NCBI GenBank assembly: GCA_013694995.1
Contig: JACDBH010000004.1
Coordinates: 60,828 to 124,827, forward strand
Length of the DNA stretch: 64,000 nucleotides
Reading direction: 5' to 3'
Origin: Candidatus Saccharimonadota bacterium
GTDB taxonomy: Bacteria > Patescibacteriota > Saccharimonadia > Saccharimonadales > JACDBH01
Under the pieces are notes generated by a model. The model made no database searches, was not told the origin of the DNA, and saw only the letters and a list, made by a program, of their open reading frames with translations. The stretch's first letter is position 1. Each line of letters starts with the position of its first letter. The position numbers and the translations under genes were made by a program. Shown in pieces: positions 17,568 through 27,365 of the stretch.

Positions 17568-17811
17568 AAATTACATTTTGTAAAAGCTACTACGTACCAG
17601 GCGCCTAAATCTTGCTAGTATAAGGAGGTGAAAATGCTTAATTGACTGTGGCTAAGCTGGATATCATTCAATAACTCATTCCACTCGATAATTTCTGCTA
17701 CGATTACCCTATAAATCGATAGGGGGAGGGTAACCAAATGAGCTTTATAACTTCTCGCCTCGTACGAATTTATTTTAAAAACAAAGCATAAGCAGTTAAA
17801 CTATAGTTAAT

Positions 17812-19251
17812 ATGAACACGACGCACAAGGTGCCGGTTGTGCCGTTGGATAGGTATAAGCGGACTAAAATAATTGCTACTGTTGGGCCAGCAACAGATAG
17901 CTACGAAGCAATATTAGAAATGATAAAGTCGGGCGCAAATGGACTAAGGCTCAACTTCAGCCACGGCGATCATGCCGAACATGAGCAGCGTATCAAATGG
18001 ATTAGAAAAGCCAGCCGCGAATACAGCAAGCCAGTCGCTATTATTCAAGACTTACAGGGGCCAAAGATCCGATTAGGGGACTTCGAAGGAATTATAAACG
18101 TGCTGGAAGGCCAGGCTATCCGATTGGGTTACAAGGCCGATTATGAAAAAGACGGAGTCATACCTATCCAGTATGACTTGAGCAAAAAGGTTAAGCGCGG
18201 AGAGCGGTTGTATATTTACGATGGCAAGGTCCTCACAACAGTAACTAGTATCAACGACGGCCTGGTCCATGTGCGGGTAGAAAATGATGGCATTCTAATA
18301 AAACGCAAAGGCATCAACTTGCCTGATACCGATTTTGGCGGTGACGTAATTACTAAAAAAGACCGCGCAGACTTAGCCTTTGGCTCATCTAACGAGATTG
18401 ATTATGTTGCGCAAAGCTTTGTGCAGACGCCAGACGATATCCGTAATCTGCGCAAGATCATGAAGAATCTGGGCATGAAGTCGCGGATCATAGTCAAGTT
18501 CGAGACACGTTCGGCAGTAATGCATATGGAGGAAATTGTCCAGGAGTCGGATGCTGTAATGATTGCTCGTGGTGATTTGGCCGTTGAAACTCCGACTGAA
18601 AGCGTGCCAATAATTCAGCGGCAAATAATTGGCTTGGGAATAAAGTATGCCAAGCCGACGATTGTAGCCACTCAAATGCTCTTCAGTATGACCGAGATGC
18701 CCGAGCCAACCCGTGCCGAAGTATCCGATGTCGCCACTGCTGTTTTGGTTGGAGCGGACTGCGTAATGTTGAGCGACGAGACGGCTAACGGCCGCTATCC
18801 AATCAAGGCAATCGAGGTTATGAAGCGGGTCATTTTATATACCGAACAAAACGCTCCACTTAAACCAATATTCATAGACGAGCAACAACCACGCAAATCG
18901 AGTCAACAGGCGATATCACGGGCAGTTATTCGATTAGCTAAAGAAATCCAGGCGACTGCAATCGTAGCAGAAACCAAATCCGGTGCAACTGCCCTCCAGA
19001 TAGCGGCCCAGCGTTCAGAACTTCCGATGATTGCTGTAACTTCCGATGAACGTGTTGCCCAGCAGCTTGCCATCGTTTACAGTTGCAAAAGTTATATCCG
19101 GCCGGATGACAAGAATGCGGCCCGCAAATTGACTGACTGGCTTCGTACAAACAAGGTGTTGAGCACAGGAGACGTCATAATCAGCTGTTCGGGTCAGTAT
19201 CCGGGGGTGGTTGGAACGACCGATACGATAAAGGTACGGGTGTTGGAATAA
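17812..19251 (+). CDS. pyk: Pyruvate kinase
   Basis: RTKIIATVGPAT, NFSHGD, MIARGDLAVE, SDETANG motifs. Confidence 0.9.
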   Translation: MNTTHKVPVVPLDRYKRTKIIATVGPATDSYEAILEMIKSGANGLRLNFSHGDHAEHEQRIKWIRKASREYSKPVAIIQDLQGPKIRLGDFEGIINVLEGQAIRLGYKADYEKDGVIPIQYDLSKKVKRGERLYIYDGKVLTTVTSINDGLVHVRVENDGILIKRKGINLPDTDFGGDVITKKDRADLAFGSSNEIDYVAQSFVQTPDDIRNLRKIMKNLGMKSRIIVKFETRSAVMHMEEIVQESDAVMIARGDLAVETPTESVPIIQRQIIGLGIKYAKPTIVATQMLFSMTEMPEPTRAEVSDVATAVLVGADCVMLSDETANGRYPIKAIEVMKRVILYTEQNAPLKPIFIDEQQPRKSSQQAISRAVIRLAKEIQATAIVAETKSGATALQIAAQRSELPMIAVTSDERVAQQLAIVYSCKSYIRPDDKNAARKLTDWLRTNKVLSTGDVIISCSGQYPGVVGTTDTIKVRVLE

Positions 19252-19264
19252 GCAAGGAGGTGGG

Positions 19265-20569
19265 ATGAGTTTTTCGAAACAAACGGTCCGTGATATCGAG
19301 CTGAGCGGCAAACGTGTCCTTTTGCGTGTCGATTACAACTTGCCGATGAAAAACGGAAAAATTACCAGTGATTTTCGGATTGAGCAGTCTTTGCCCACTA
19401 TCAAATATCTGCTTGATAAGCACTGCTCCATCGTTATCATGTCACATCTCGGTCGTCCTGAGGGCAAAAAGAACAAAGAATTTAGCCTCAGGTCTGCTGC
19501 CGAACGTTTAAGTAAGTTACTGGGCCAAAATGTTGAATTTGTTGAGGACTGTATCGGCAGCGAAGTTGAAAAGGCCGTAAGTTCGCTTAAGCCAAAACAA
19601 GTACTAATGCTCGAGAACGTCCGATTTTATCCTGAAGAAGAAGCAAATGACCTTAGCTTTGCTGAAAAGTTGTCCAAATGGGGCTATGTTTTTGTGCAGG
19701 ACTGTTTTGGAGTCGCGCACCGCGCCCATGCTTCAGTTGTCGGTGTTACAAAATATCTGCCAAGCGTCGCAGGGTTGCTACTGGAAAAAGAAGTCGACAC
19801 GATCACTAAAGTTATGAGTGATCCTGAGCGGCCATTAATGGCAATAGTCGGCGGTGCTAAGATTTCTGATAAGATTATAGTACTTAAAAAGTTTATTGAA
19901 ATCGCTGATTTTGTGGCTATAGGCGGCGCTATGGCTAATACGTTCTTGCTAGCAGAGGGCATAGAAACCGGTAATAGCTTAACCGAACCGGACGATGTGC
20001 CGCTAGCCAAAGAGATTATCGCTTTGGCGCGGGCAAGAGCGGAAAAAAGCAAATTTGTATTCTACCTGCCGCAAGACGGGGTTGTAGCGACCGATATTGA
20101 AAACCCAAGCAGTACCCGGATCGTTGACTGGAACGCCCAGGTTATCGCCGATATTGAAGCCTATCCGAGACAACCAAAGCATGAAGCAAGCCATGTCAAA
20201 GATGACGAGCGGATTTTGGATATCGGTCCCTTTTCCGCCTCTTTTATTGCCGGTGGATTACAGATGGTTCAGACAGTCGTTTGGAATGGCACGCTTGGGG
20301 TTGCCGAGGTTGAAGGCAAGAACAACGACCCTATCGGGCCGTTCGCTCATGGCACCGAGCTTATAGTAGAAGCTTTGCTTGGCCACTACGGCCACCGGCC
20401 ATTTACGATTGTTGGTGGCGGTGACACTGCGGGATACGTTGAAGAACGCAACCTGACTAAGGCCTTCAACCATGTCTCAACCGGCGGCGGCGCCTCCTTG
20501 GAGCTGATGGAAGGCAAAAAACTACCAGGCGTAGAAGCACTACCTGATAAAGAACCTAATAACTTATAA
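19265..20569 (+). CDS. pgk: Phosphoglycerate kinase
   Basis: SD AAGGAGGTG. RVDYNLPM, MSHLGRPEG, GGGDT and GGGASLE motifs. Confidence 0.9.
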   Translation: MSFSKQTVRDIELSGKRVLLRVDYNLPMKNGKITSDFRIEQSLPTIKYLLDKHCSIVIMSHLGRPEGKKNKEFSLRSAAERLSKLLGQNVEFVEDCIGSEVEKAVSSLKPKQVLMLENVRFYPEEEANDLSFAEKLSKWGYVFVQDCFGVAHRAHASVVGVTKYLPSVAGLLLEKEVDTITKVMSDPERPLMAIVGGAKISDKIIVLKKFIEIADFVAIGGAMANTFLLAEGIETGNSLTEPDDVPLAKEIIALARARAEKSKFVFYLPQDGVVATDIENPSSTRIVDWNAQVIADIEAYPRQPKHEASHVKDDERILDIGPFSASFIAGGLQMVQTVVWNGTLGVAEVEGKNNDPIGPFAHGTELIVEALLGHYGHRPFTIVGGGDTAGYVEERNLTKAFNHVSTGGGASLELMEGKKLPGVEALPDKEPNNL

Positions 20570-20748
20570 CACATCTGTTCTCCGGCCAAAATGAACGACA
20601 AAGCTACCGGACTTTTGCTTCGCTTCGTATCTTATCTAACACGCTTTGTCCGTAAGAAGTCCGAAATCTTTCTCACTCATTTTATCCTCGTTTCAGAGAA
20701 AGATATGCAATAAGTTATGGAATTCATAGTACAATAAGCTTAAGAATT

Positions 20749-21537
20749 ATGCGTAAAACATTAATAGTGGGCAACTGGAAAATGCATCTTAATACGATGC
20801 AGGCCAGTATCCTCCTCCACCGTTTACAGGAACGGATCCGGATTCACCGCGACATAGAAGTCGTACTGGCACCAAGTATGCTTGTGCTGCAGCCATTGTC
20901 TTTACAGATAGATCGCCGGAAATTCCGCTTAGCTGCCCAAAATGCTTATCATAAAGACATGGGTGCATTTACGGGGGAAGTCAGTTTTACGATGCTTCGC
21001 GATCTTGTTCACTATGCAATTATCGGACATTCGGAACGCCGTTTAATTTTCGGCGAAACCTTAACGGATATTTCCGAAAAAGTGGCTGCTGCTGTGCGGA
21101 ACGGAATAACTCCTATCTTATGCGTTGGTGAAACCAAAACAGACCGCCTGGCCAAGCATACTAAACGGGTCCTTCATGACCAAGTTGTTACAGCCCTAAA
21201 AAATCTTACTTCTGAAGACGTCGAAGAGATAGTGATCGCTTATGAGCCAATCTGGGCAATAAGTACATTCGGCGGTGAACTAGCCACACCAAATCTGGTA
21301 AAAGAGGCTATGGATTATATTCGCCATCAAATCTCAGAATTATATGGAAAAAAAACTGCCGAAAAAGTCCGGGTATTATATGGCGGCAGCGTAGACGACC
21401 AGATTGCCCGCGGTTACATGGAGATAGATGGCTGCGATGGGGTTTTGGTCGGCGGGGCAAGTACTAGTTATCACAAATTCTCAGGCATCGTGGACGCCGC
21501 GTATCGCATGCAGCGTGAATTAGGAGAGGAAACCTGA
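20749..21537 (+). CDS. tpiA: Triosephosphate isomerase
   Basis: VGNWKMH, IGHSERR, AYEPIWAI and YGGSV motifs. Confidence 0.9.
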   Translation: MRKTLIVGNWKMHLNTMQASILLHRLQERIRIHRDIEVVLAPSMLVLQPLSLQIDRRKFRLAAQNAYHKDMGAFTGEVSFTMLRDLVHYAIIGHSERRLIFGETLTDISEKVAAAVRNGITPILCVGETKTDRLAKHTKRVLHDQVVTALKNLTSEDVEEIVIAYEPIWAISTFGGELATPNLVKEAMDYIRHQISELYGKKTAEKVRVLYGGSVDDQIARGYMEIDGCDGVLVGGASTSYHKFSGIVDAAYRMQRELGEET

Positions 21538-21538
21538 T

Positions 21539-22291
21539 ATGGGAAAGCGCTTGAATGAAGATGATAAGGTGTTCGACGTAAGTAAGCCGGGCAAAGGCAA
21601 GATAGTCCCCACATCCCGGCCGGTTATCACTTCACAGGAAGTTACAAAAGATATAATGGTCAATGAGCCTGAAGCCCAAGGAATGAAATCGCCCTCCGAA
21701 TCGCGCCGGGTAATACAGCCGCTCAGTTCGATTGCTGTCCAGTCTGAGGACGGCATTGATGCCGCCGAAGCCATTCCTGTATCAGTCATGCAAGGAAAAA
21801 CTAAAACTGAAGAAGCGTCTGCTGAGACAACCACCCCCACAATAGTTCCTGCGGAACCACTGACTAATCAAACGGAGAAAACTTCAGAAGCAGAAAAACC
21901 AGAAGTCGTCGAAGTTGAGGCAAAACCGGAGCCACCTAAGGAACCTGAAAAGCCTTCTATGGAGCAGAAGGAAGCAAATCCTGCTGCCAGTTCAGAATCG
22001 GCTACCGTAGACGCTGTCGCTGAAGCAGTCGGATCAAAAAAGCAGGCTGCAAAAGAAGCCGAGGAACAAGAAAAACGAGATGCGGCCGTACAAGAACTTA
22101 TTGATAACAAGAAGTATTACGTCCAGCTCGGCCATGATAGCCGTCCTAAAAAAGGCGCAACTTATCACCATCAGGTACTTACAGTCTTGCTCATTCTGAC
22201 TATGGTGCTGGTGGTGGGCGCCTACTTAGCAATTGATGCCGGAATCATCGAGTCTGACTTTGTCGTGCCATACGAATTCATAAAAGAATAA
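21539..22291 (+). CDS. Hypothetical acidic Glu/Lys/Pro-rich protein with a single C-terminal TM helix (tail-anchored)
   Basis: Begins 2 nt after the tpiA stop. Low-complexity EKPE repeats. C-terminal TM VLTVLLILTMVLVVGAYLAI. Confidence 0.5.
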   Translation: MGKRLNEDDKVFDVSKPGKGKIVPTSRPVITSQEVTKDIMVNEPEAQGMKSPSESRRVIQPLSSIAVQSEDGIDAAEAIPVSVMQGKTKTEEASAETTTPTIVPAEPLTNQTEKTSEAEKPEVVEVEAKPEPPKEPEKPSMEQKEANPAASSESATVDAVAEAVGSKKQAAKEAEEQEKRDAAVQELIDNKKYYVQLGHDSRPKKGATYHHQVLTVLLILTMVLVVGAYLAIDAGIIESDFVVPYEFIKE

Positions 22292-22315
22292 CTTCTCATT
22301 TGTTACAATTAAACG

Positions 22316-24508
22316 ATGCTTGAATCGGTGGACAACCAGATTATAGACCCATGGGCCGCAGAATCTCCTCAAATTCCAGTGGACCATTTATTGCATGGGC
22401 TTAATCCTGAACAGCAACGGGCGGTGCTGACTACCGACGGCCCGATGCTTATTCAAGCCGGGGCCGGTAGTGGTAAGACCAAAACGCTGACACATCGTAT
22501 TGCCTATTTAGTGGCGACGCATAAAGCCACTCCCTACAATATATTGTCGGTGACATTCACAAATAAAGCGGCTAAAGAAATGCGCGAGCGTATTGCCGGA
22601 CTACTGAGTGAGCGTGCCGATAATCGCAGTTTTATGCCTTTTATGGGCACTTTCCACTCCATATGTGTGCGACTTTTGCGTCAAGACGGCGAGCACATTG
22701 GCGTACCACGTAACTTTATTATTTTTGATGAAAGCGACCGTCTCAGTGCCGTTAAACAAGCTTCAAAACGACTCAATATTGATGAAAAAGCCTTTCCTCC
22801 ACGTGCTATCGCAAACCTTATAAGCAGTGCTAAGAATGACTTGGTGAATCCGACAGAATACGCAACACTTGCTAATTCACCGACCCAAGCCGTAGCGGCC
22901 AAAGTCTATCCGTTATATGAACAAGCATTAAAAAATGCTGGAGCCTTGGATTTTGACGACCTAATATTAAAAGCCGTAACGATGCTTGATAGTTCAGTGG
23001 AAGTGCGTAATAAATGGCAACAGCAATTCAGCTATATTCTAATTGACGAGTACCAGGACACTAACACCGCCCAATATAAGCTTGTTAATTTGTTAACAAG
23101 TGAAAAGCATAATATTGCGGTCGTTGGAGACGACTGGCAGAGCATATATAGTTGGCGTGGAGCTGACTTCCGCAATATTCTGAATTTTGAGCGCGACTAT
23201 CCTAAGACCACAGTTATCAAACTAGAGCAAAATTACCGAAGCACTAAATCAATACTAGATGCCGCCCACGCGGTAATTACAAAAAACCAGCAACGTTCGG
23301 ACAAAAAACTATGGACCGAAGTTGGTGACGGCTTGCCAGTTCAGGTTTTACAGGCAGCCAACGAGCGGGCCGAGTCAGAGGCAATTATCCGCCGGATTAA
23401 AAACTCAGTCGATAGTGGAAGCCGCCGCTACAATCACTTTGCAGTTTTATACCGCACTAACGCCCAAAGCAGGGCGGTCGAGGAAATGTTTGTACGCTTC
23501 GGTGTGCCGTACCGCGTGGTTGGAGGTGTAAGATTTTATGATCGCAAAGAAATCAAAGACATCATTGCCTACCTAAGGATTATTTTCCAGCCAGAGGATA
23601 ATGTAAGTTTTGAGCGAATTGCAAATGTCCCAAGTAGAGGTCTGGGGGCAAAATCGATGGTAGCATTCCGCGACTGGGCACAAAACAGCGGAGGATTATT
23701 AAAAGGCTTGCAGACGGTAAGCGACTGCCCGGGACTGAGTACAAAAGCCAGGGCGGCACTGTTGGAACTTAGCGATATCATAGTAAGTTACCGCGTACTT
23801 GCCGATACTACCCCAGTCGCCGGCATCATCGATAGCTTATTGAGAAGGTTGGATTATAACTCTTTCCTTGACGATGGGACACTGCAGGGCGAATCCCGCC
23901 TGGAAAACGTCCGCGAACTTATTTCCGTTGCCAAAGCCTATCAGGATGTAGGGCTTGATGGGTTCTTGGAAGAAGTTAGTCTAGTGAGCGACCTTGATAC
24001 GGCTGACATGGAATCAAACGCAGTCACGTTAATGACCCTGCATGCAGCCAAGGGTCTGGAATTCCCAGTGGTGTTTATAGTTGGGTTGGAAGAAGCTATT
24101 TTACCCCACAGCCGAGCGCTATATAGTATTGGCGAAATGGAAGAAGAACGTCGGTTGATGTATGTAGGCATGACCCGGGCGCGTGAGGAACTGTATCTGT
24201 TGTACGCTACCAGCCGGGTACTATACGGCGGCGTACAGTATAATCCACCATCGCGCTTTTTAAGCGAAATTGATGTTGATATATCAGCTGTCCAGCCATC
24301 AAGTTTTGTTTTCACACCTACGGGACTTCTTAGTAGCGACATCGAACCGCGCTACGTGATTGAACTGAACGAGGGCGATAGCGTCCGCCATCAAATATTC
24401 GGTAATGGCACTGTACTTGAAATTGACGGTGATAATGTCGCTGTCCACTTTAAAACTGCCGGCACAAAACGGCTAAATATTGCCTTTGCACCGTTGGAAA
24501 AACTGTAA
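22316..24508 (+). CDS. pcrA: ATP-dependent DNA helicase, UvrD/PcrA family
   Basis: Walker A AGAGSGKT, VTFTNKAA, DEYQDTN (motif II), UvrD helicase C-terminal motifs. Confidence 0.85.
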   Translation: MLESVDNQIIDPWAAESPQIPVDHLLHGLNPEQQRAVLTTDGPMLIQAGAGSGKTKTLTHRIAYLVATHKATPYNILSVTFTNKAAKEMRERIAGLLSERADNRSFMPFMGTFHSICVRLLRQDGEHIGVPRNFIIFDESDRLSAVKQASKRLNIDEKAFPPRAIANLISSAKNDLVNPTEYATLANSPTQAVAAKVYPLYEQALKNAGALDFDDLILKAVTMLDSSVEVRNKWQQQFSYILIDEYQDTNTAQYKLVNLLTSEKHNIAVVGDDWQSIYSWRGADFRNILNFERDYPKTTVIKLEQNYRSTKSILDAAHAVITKNQQRSDKKLWTEVGDGLPVQVLQAANERAESEAIIRRIKNSVDSGSRRYNHFAVLYRTNAQSRAVEEMFVRFGVPYRVVGGVRFYDRKEIKDIIAYLRIIFQPEDNVSFERIANVPSRGLGAKSMVAFRDWAQNSGGLLKGLQTVSDCPGLSTKARAALLELSDIIVSYRVLADTTPVAGIIDSLLRRLDYNSFLDDGTLQGESRLENVRELISVAKAYQDVGLDGFLEEVSLVSDLDTADMESNAVTLMTLHAAKGLEFPVVFIVGLEEAILPHSRALYSIGEMEEERRLMYVGMTRAREELYLLYATSRVLYGGVQYNPPSRFLSEIDVDISAVQPSSFVFTPTGLLSSDIEPRYVIELNEGDSVRHQIFGNGTVLEIDGDNVAVHFKTAGTKRLNIAFAPLEKL

Positions 24509-24988
24509 ATGTATACAGCAAAATGGTTTGAGCTGAGCGGTCGGGTACTTTTTTGGCTGACGTGGCCTATATGGTTTTTCTACTTGCGTCTGGGCGGCGT
24601 CAGAAGCCGGGTTCTAGTCGTATTGGGCAACGAAATATTATTGCTGAAAGGATGGATAAATCCAGGCAGGTTAATGCTGCCCGGCGGCGGTGCAAAAGCC
24701 GGTGAACTAATCAAAGATGCAGCTATCCGTGAACTGGCTGAAGAAACAGGCATAACGGCTTCTAAATACGAGTTGGTTTCTATCCCAGGACGCACACGTT
24801 CAGAGTTTGGACTATGTTATAAAGCAGCATATTTTTACCTTGAGCTTTCTTCAAAACCAGAATTAAAAATTGGTTATCCTGAAATAATCCATGCCGGTTG
24901 GTACGATGCGGGCACATCATCGGACATTAGACTTGATAAAGATGCACAGTATGCCCTGGAACAATATATGCGGCGTAGCAGAACATAG
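24509..24988 (+). CDS. NUDIX hydrolase
   Basis: Nudix box GGGAKAGELIKDAAIRELAEETGI (GX5EX7REUXEEXGU). Start immediately after the pcrA stop. Confidence 0.75.
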   Translation: MYTAKWFELSGRVLFWLTWPIWFFYLRLGGVRSRVLVVLGNEILLLKGWINPGRLMLPGGGAKAGELIKDAAIRELAEETGITASKYELVSIPGRTRSEFGLCYKAAYFYLELSSKPELKIGYPEIIHAGWYDAGTSSDIRLDKDAQYALEQYMRRSRT

Positions 24989-25077
24989 CGCCTTCCCTGA
25001 TCTTTATGATGTTATAATACTCCGGTCAGACGTGAGTTGATTATAGGTTTTATAGTACACGCCGTCATTAAGAATAT

Positions 25078-26385
25078 ATGAGATACAGGCTAAAAAAGTT
25101 TCAACTGAGGACGCGGCGCTGGTGGCGTAGCTTTGAAAAGCGTTATCGCGATCATCCCCGATTGTTGCCAGTCGTTGCTGCCCTAATGGTTGTTTTGATT
25201 GCCATAATATTGGTCTTTTCACTACGCGATAGTGGGATTACTGCCAAACTGACCGATGCCAATATTGTAATCCTGCATGTGGACAACAGTAGTCAGGTCC
25301 TGCCGACTCGCGAGGAAACCGTAGGGGCATTCTTAGAAAAAGCAAATATTATCCTCAATGAAGGCGATGTCGTTGAACCTGGTCTCGATACTCCGATCAA
25401 AGAGGACGATTTCCGTATAAATGTCTACCGCGGTCAGCCGGTTGTCGTAGTTGACGGCTATAAGCGGACCTATGCTTTAAGCGCCGCGCGTACGCCGCGC
25501 AGTGTCGTCGAACAAGTGGGTCTGGAAGTATTCCCCGAGGATTTGATTGAAACAAATCCGAGTGATGATTTCTTACGGGACGGGATTGGCGCTAAGGTTA
25601 GTATCAAGCGCTCGACACCAGCCAACCTAAACTTGTACGGCACGGCTTTGTCGCTAAGGACACATGCTAAAACTGTCGGCGAACTATTAAAAGAAAAGAA
25701 CATACAACTGGCAACTGACGATACGGTTTTACCCTCGCTAGACACTACGCTTACTTCGCAGGTGCAGGTATTCGTGACGCGAGTTGGTACTCAAGTTGTC
25801 ACCGAGGAACAGACTATACCGATGCCAACTGAAACGGTCCAGGACAACAGTTTGTCTTTCGGCGCTATCGCCACTCGTCAAAAAGGTGCTGCAGGCAAGA
25901 AATCCGTTACCTTCCAGTTAGAACTGCGCAATGGTGTCGAAGTGAGCAGAGTAAAAATTCAAGAAGTAGTAACGCTAGAGCCAGTCAAACAAATTATAGC
26001 TCGCGGCCAGGCAGTTTCAATTCCTTCAGACAGAGAATCTATCATGCGTGCCGCCGGTATTTCTGCCTCAGACTTTCCTTACGTTAATTACATAATCAAC
26101 CACGAAAATGGACTGTGGTGTGCGACTCGCTGGCAGGGACAGAATTCTTGCCCTCCATATTACCAAGAAAAGTACCCGGGAGCCGAAACCGACACAAGTT
26201 TAGGTTATGGACTCTGCCAGTCTACTCCGGCTATTAAAATGGCTGCAAATGGAGCCGACTGGCGAACTAATCCGGTTACGCAGCTCAAATGGTGCAGTGG
26301 CTATGCAACATCTCGCTACGGCAGCTGGAAAGGTGCCTACGATGCTTGGACAGCCCGCGAGGCCCAAGGCCGTGGCTGGTGGTAG
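25078..26385 (+). CDS. RpfB-like cell-wall protein: N-terminal TM, DUF348 repeats, G5 domain, C-terminal Cys-rich lysozyme/transglycosylase-like domain
   Basis: TM PVVAALMVVLIAIILVF. DUF348-like motif THAKTVGELLKEKNIQL. G5-like segment KKSVTFQLELRNGVEVSRVKIQEVVTLEPVKQIIARG. C-terminal ~100 aa with four Cys and a YGLCQS segment loosely resembling the SLT GLMQ motif. Confidence 0.55.
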   Translation: MRYRLKKFQLRTRRWWRSFEKRYRDHPRLLPVVAALMVVLIAIILVFSLRDSGITAKLTDANIVILHVDNSSQVLPTREETVGAFLEKANIILNEGDVVEPGLDTPIKEDDFRINVYRGQPVVVVDGYKRTYALSAARTPRSVVEQVGLEVFPEDLIETNPSDDFLRDGIGAKVSIKRSTPANLNLYGTALSLRTHAKTVGELLKEKNIQLATDDTVLPSLDTTLTSQVQVFVTRVGTQVVTEEQTIPMPTETVQDNSLSFGAIATRQKGAAGKKSVTFQLELRNGVEVSRVKIQEVVTLEPVKQIIARGQAVSIPSDRESIMRAAGISASDFPYVNYIINHENGLWCATRWQGQNSCPPYYQEKYPGAETDTSLGYGLCQSTPAIKMAANGADWRTNPVTQLKWCSGYATSRYGSWKGAYDAWTAREAQGRGWW

Positions 26386-26513
26386 CCCTCAACTCATCCA
26401 CATGTCAGTAAACCTGCTGGCTAGCGTAGCTAGCCGCCTGTTTGTTGCAGGTGAACAGGTGTGGTGCTTGGCTCCGGCTGATCTCCCCTAAAATTACATC
26501 AAACTGTTAAAAT

Positions 26514-27311
26514 ATGGGAATGACTGAGAAGACTAAAAAATCGTTGGGACAGCACTGGCTATATGATGACGCTTCTTTGGAAGCTATGTGTGATGCCGCC
26601 GATATTCAGCCGGAAGATAATGTGCTAGAAATTGGTCCAGGCTTAGGGACGTTAACCGAAAAGTTATTAGCGCACGGGGCATTAGTACGAGCTGTGGAGT
26701 TTGATCCGGTACTTATCCCAAGACTTAAGAAAAAATTCAAAGCTAGTCAGAATTTTCAAATAGAACATGCAGACATTCTAAAATATGACCTGGATAAGCT
26801 GCCTGTTGGTTACAAGATAGTGGCCAATATACCGTATTATCTGACGAGCAACCTGTTACGTCGACTTAGCGAGGTACCGAATCATTTCTCTACTGCTGCT
26901 CTGCTAGTGCAAAAAGAGGTGGCGGAACGGGTCGCTGCCGAGGCAGGAGATATGAACTTACTGAGCGTTAGCGTTCAACTCTACTGCGACGTAAAGTTAG
27001 GTATCACAGTGTCGAAAGAATTATTTACTCCTCCACCCAAAGTAAATTCGCAAATCCTCAAATTAACCCACCGTGGCAGCATACTATTCCCTAGCATAGA
27101 CACGAAGCTATTTTTCCAGTTAGTGAAGGCGGGGTTTTCCGCACGGCGTAAAAAACTTCGGAGTTCATTAAGTGGGGGGCTTCAAATCACCAAGCCACAA
27201 GCTGAAATATTGCTTACAAAAGCGGATATCGATCCCAACCTACGTTCCCAGGCCCTTTCGCTTGAAGATTGGCAAAGGCTGTATGTAGCATATAACGACT
27301 ACATTCACTAG
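26514..27311 (+). CDS. rsmA: 16S rRNA (adenine1518/1519-N6)-dimethyltransferase
   Basis: LGQHWL (GQNFL-like), SAM motif EIGPGLGTLTEKL, NIPY motif. Confidence 0.85.
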   Translation: MGMTEKTKKSLGQHWLYDDASLEAMCDAADIQPEDNVLEIGPGLGTLTEKLLAHGALVRAVEFDPVLIPRLKKKFKASQNFQIEHADILKYDLDKLPVGYKIVANIPYYLTSNLLRRLSEVPNHFSTAALLVQKEVAERVAAEAGDMNLLSVSVQLYCDVKLGITVSKELFTPPPKVNSQILKLTHRGSILFPSIDTKLFFQLVKAGFSARRKKLRSSLSGGLQITKPQAEILLTKADIDPNLRSQALSLEDWQRLYVAYNDYIH

Positions 27312-27320
27312 ACATAAGCA

Positions 27321-27329
27321 CTATTTACG
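27321..27329 (+). promoter_or_regulatory. Extended -10 promoter element (TGgTATAAT) for tmRNA
   Basis: TGGTATAAT lies 37 nt upstream of the mature tmRNA 5' end. The CATAAGCA motif sits 10 nt upstream of it. Confidence 0.5.
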
Positions 27330-27365
27330 TGGTATAATACTGTTTACCGCACAGTGCGGAAATAT

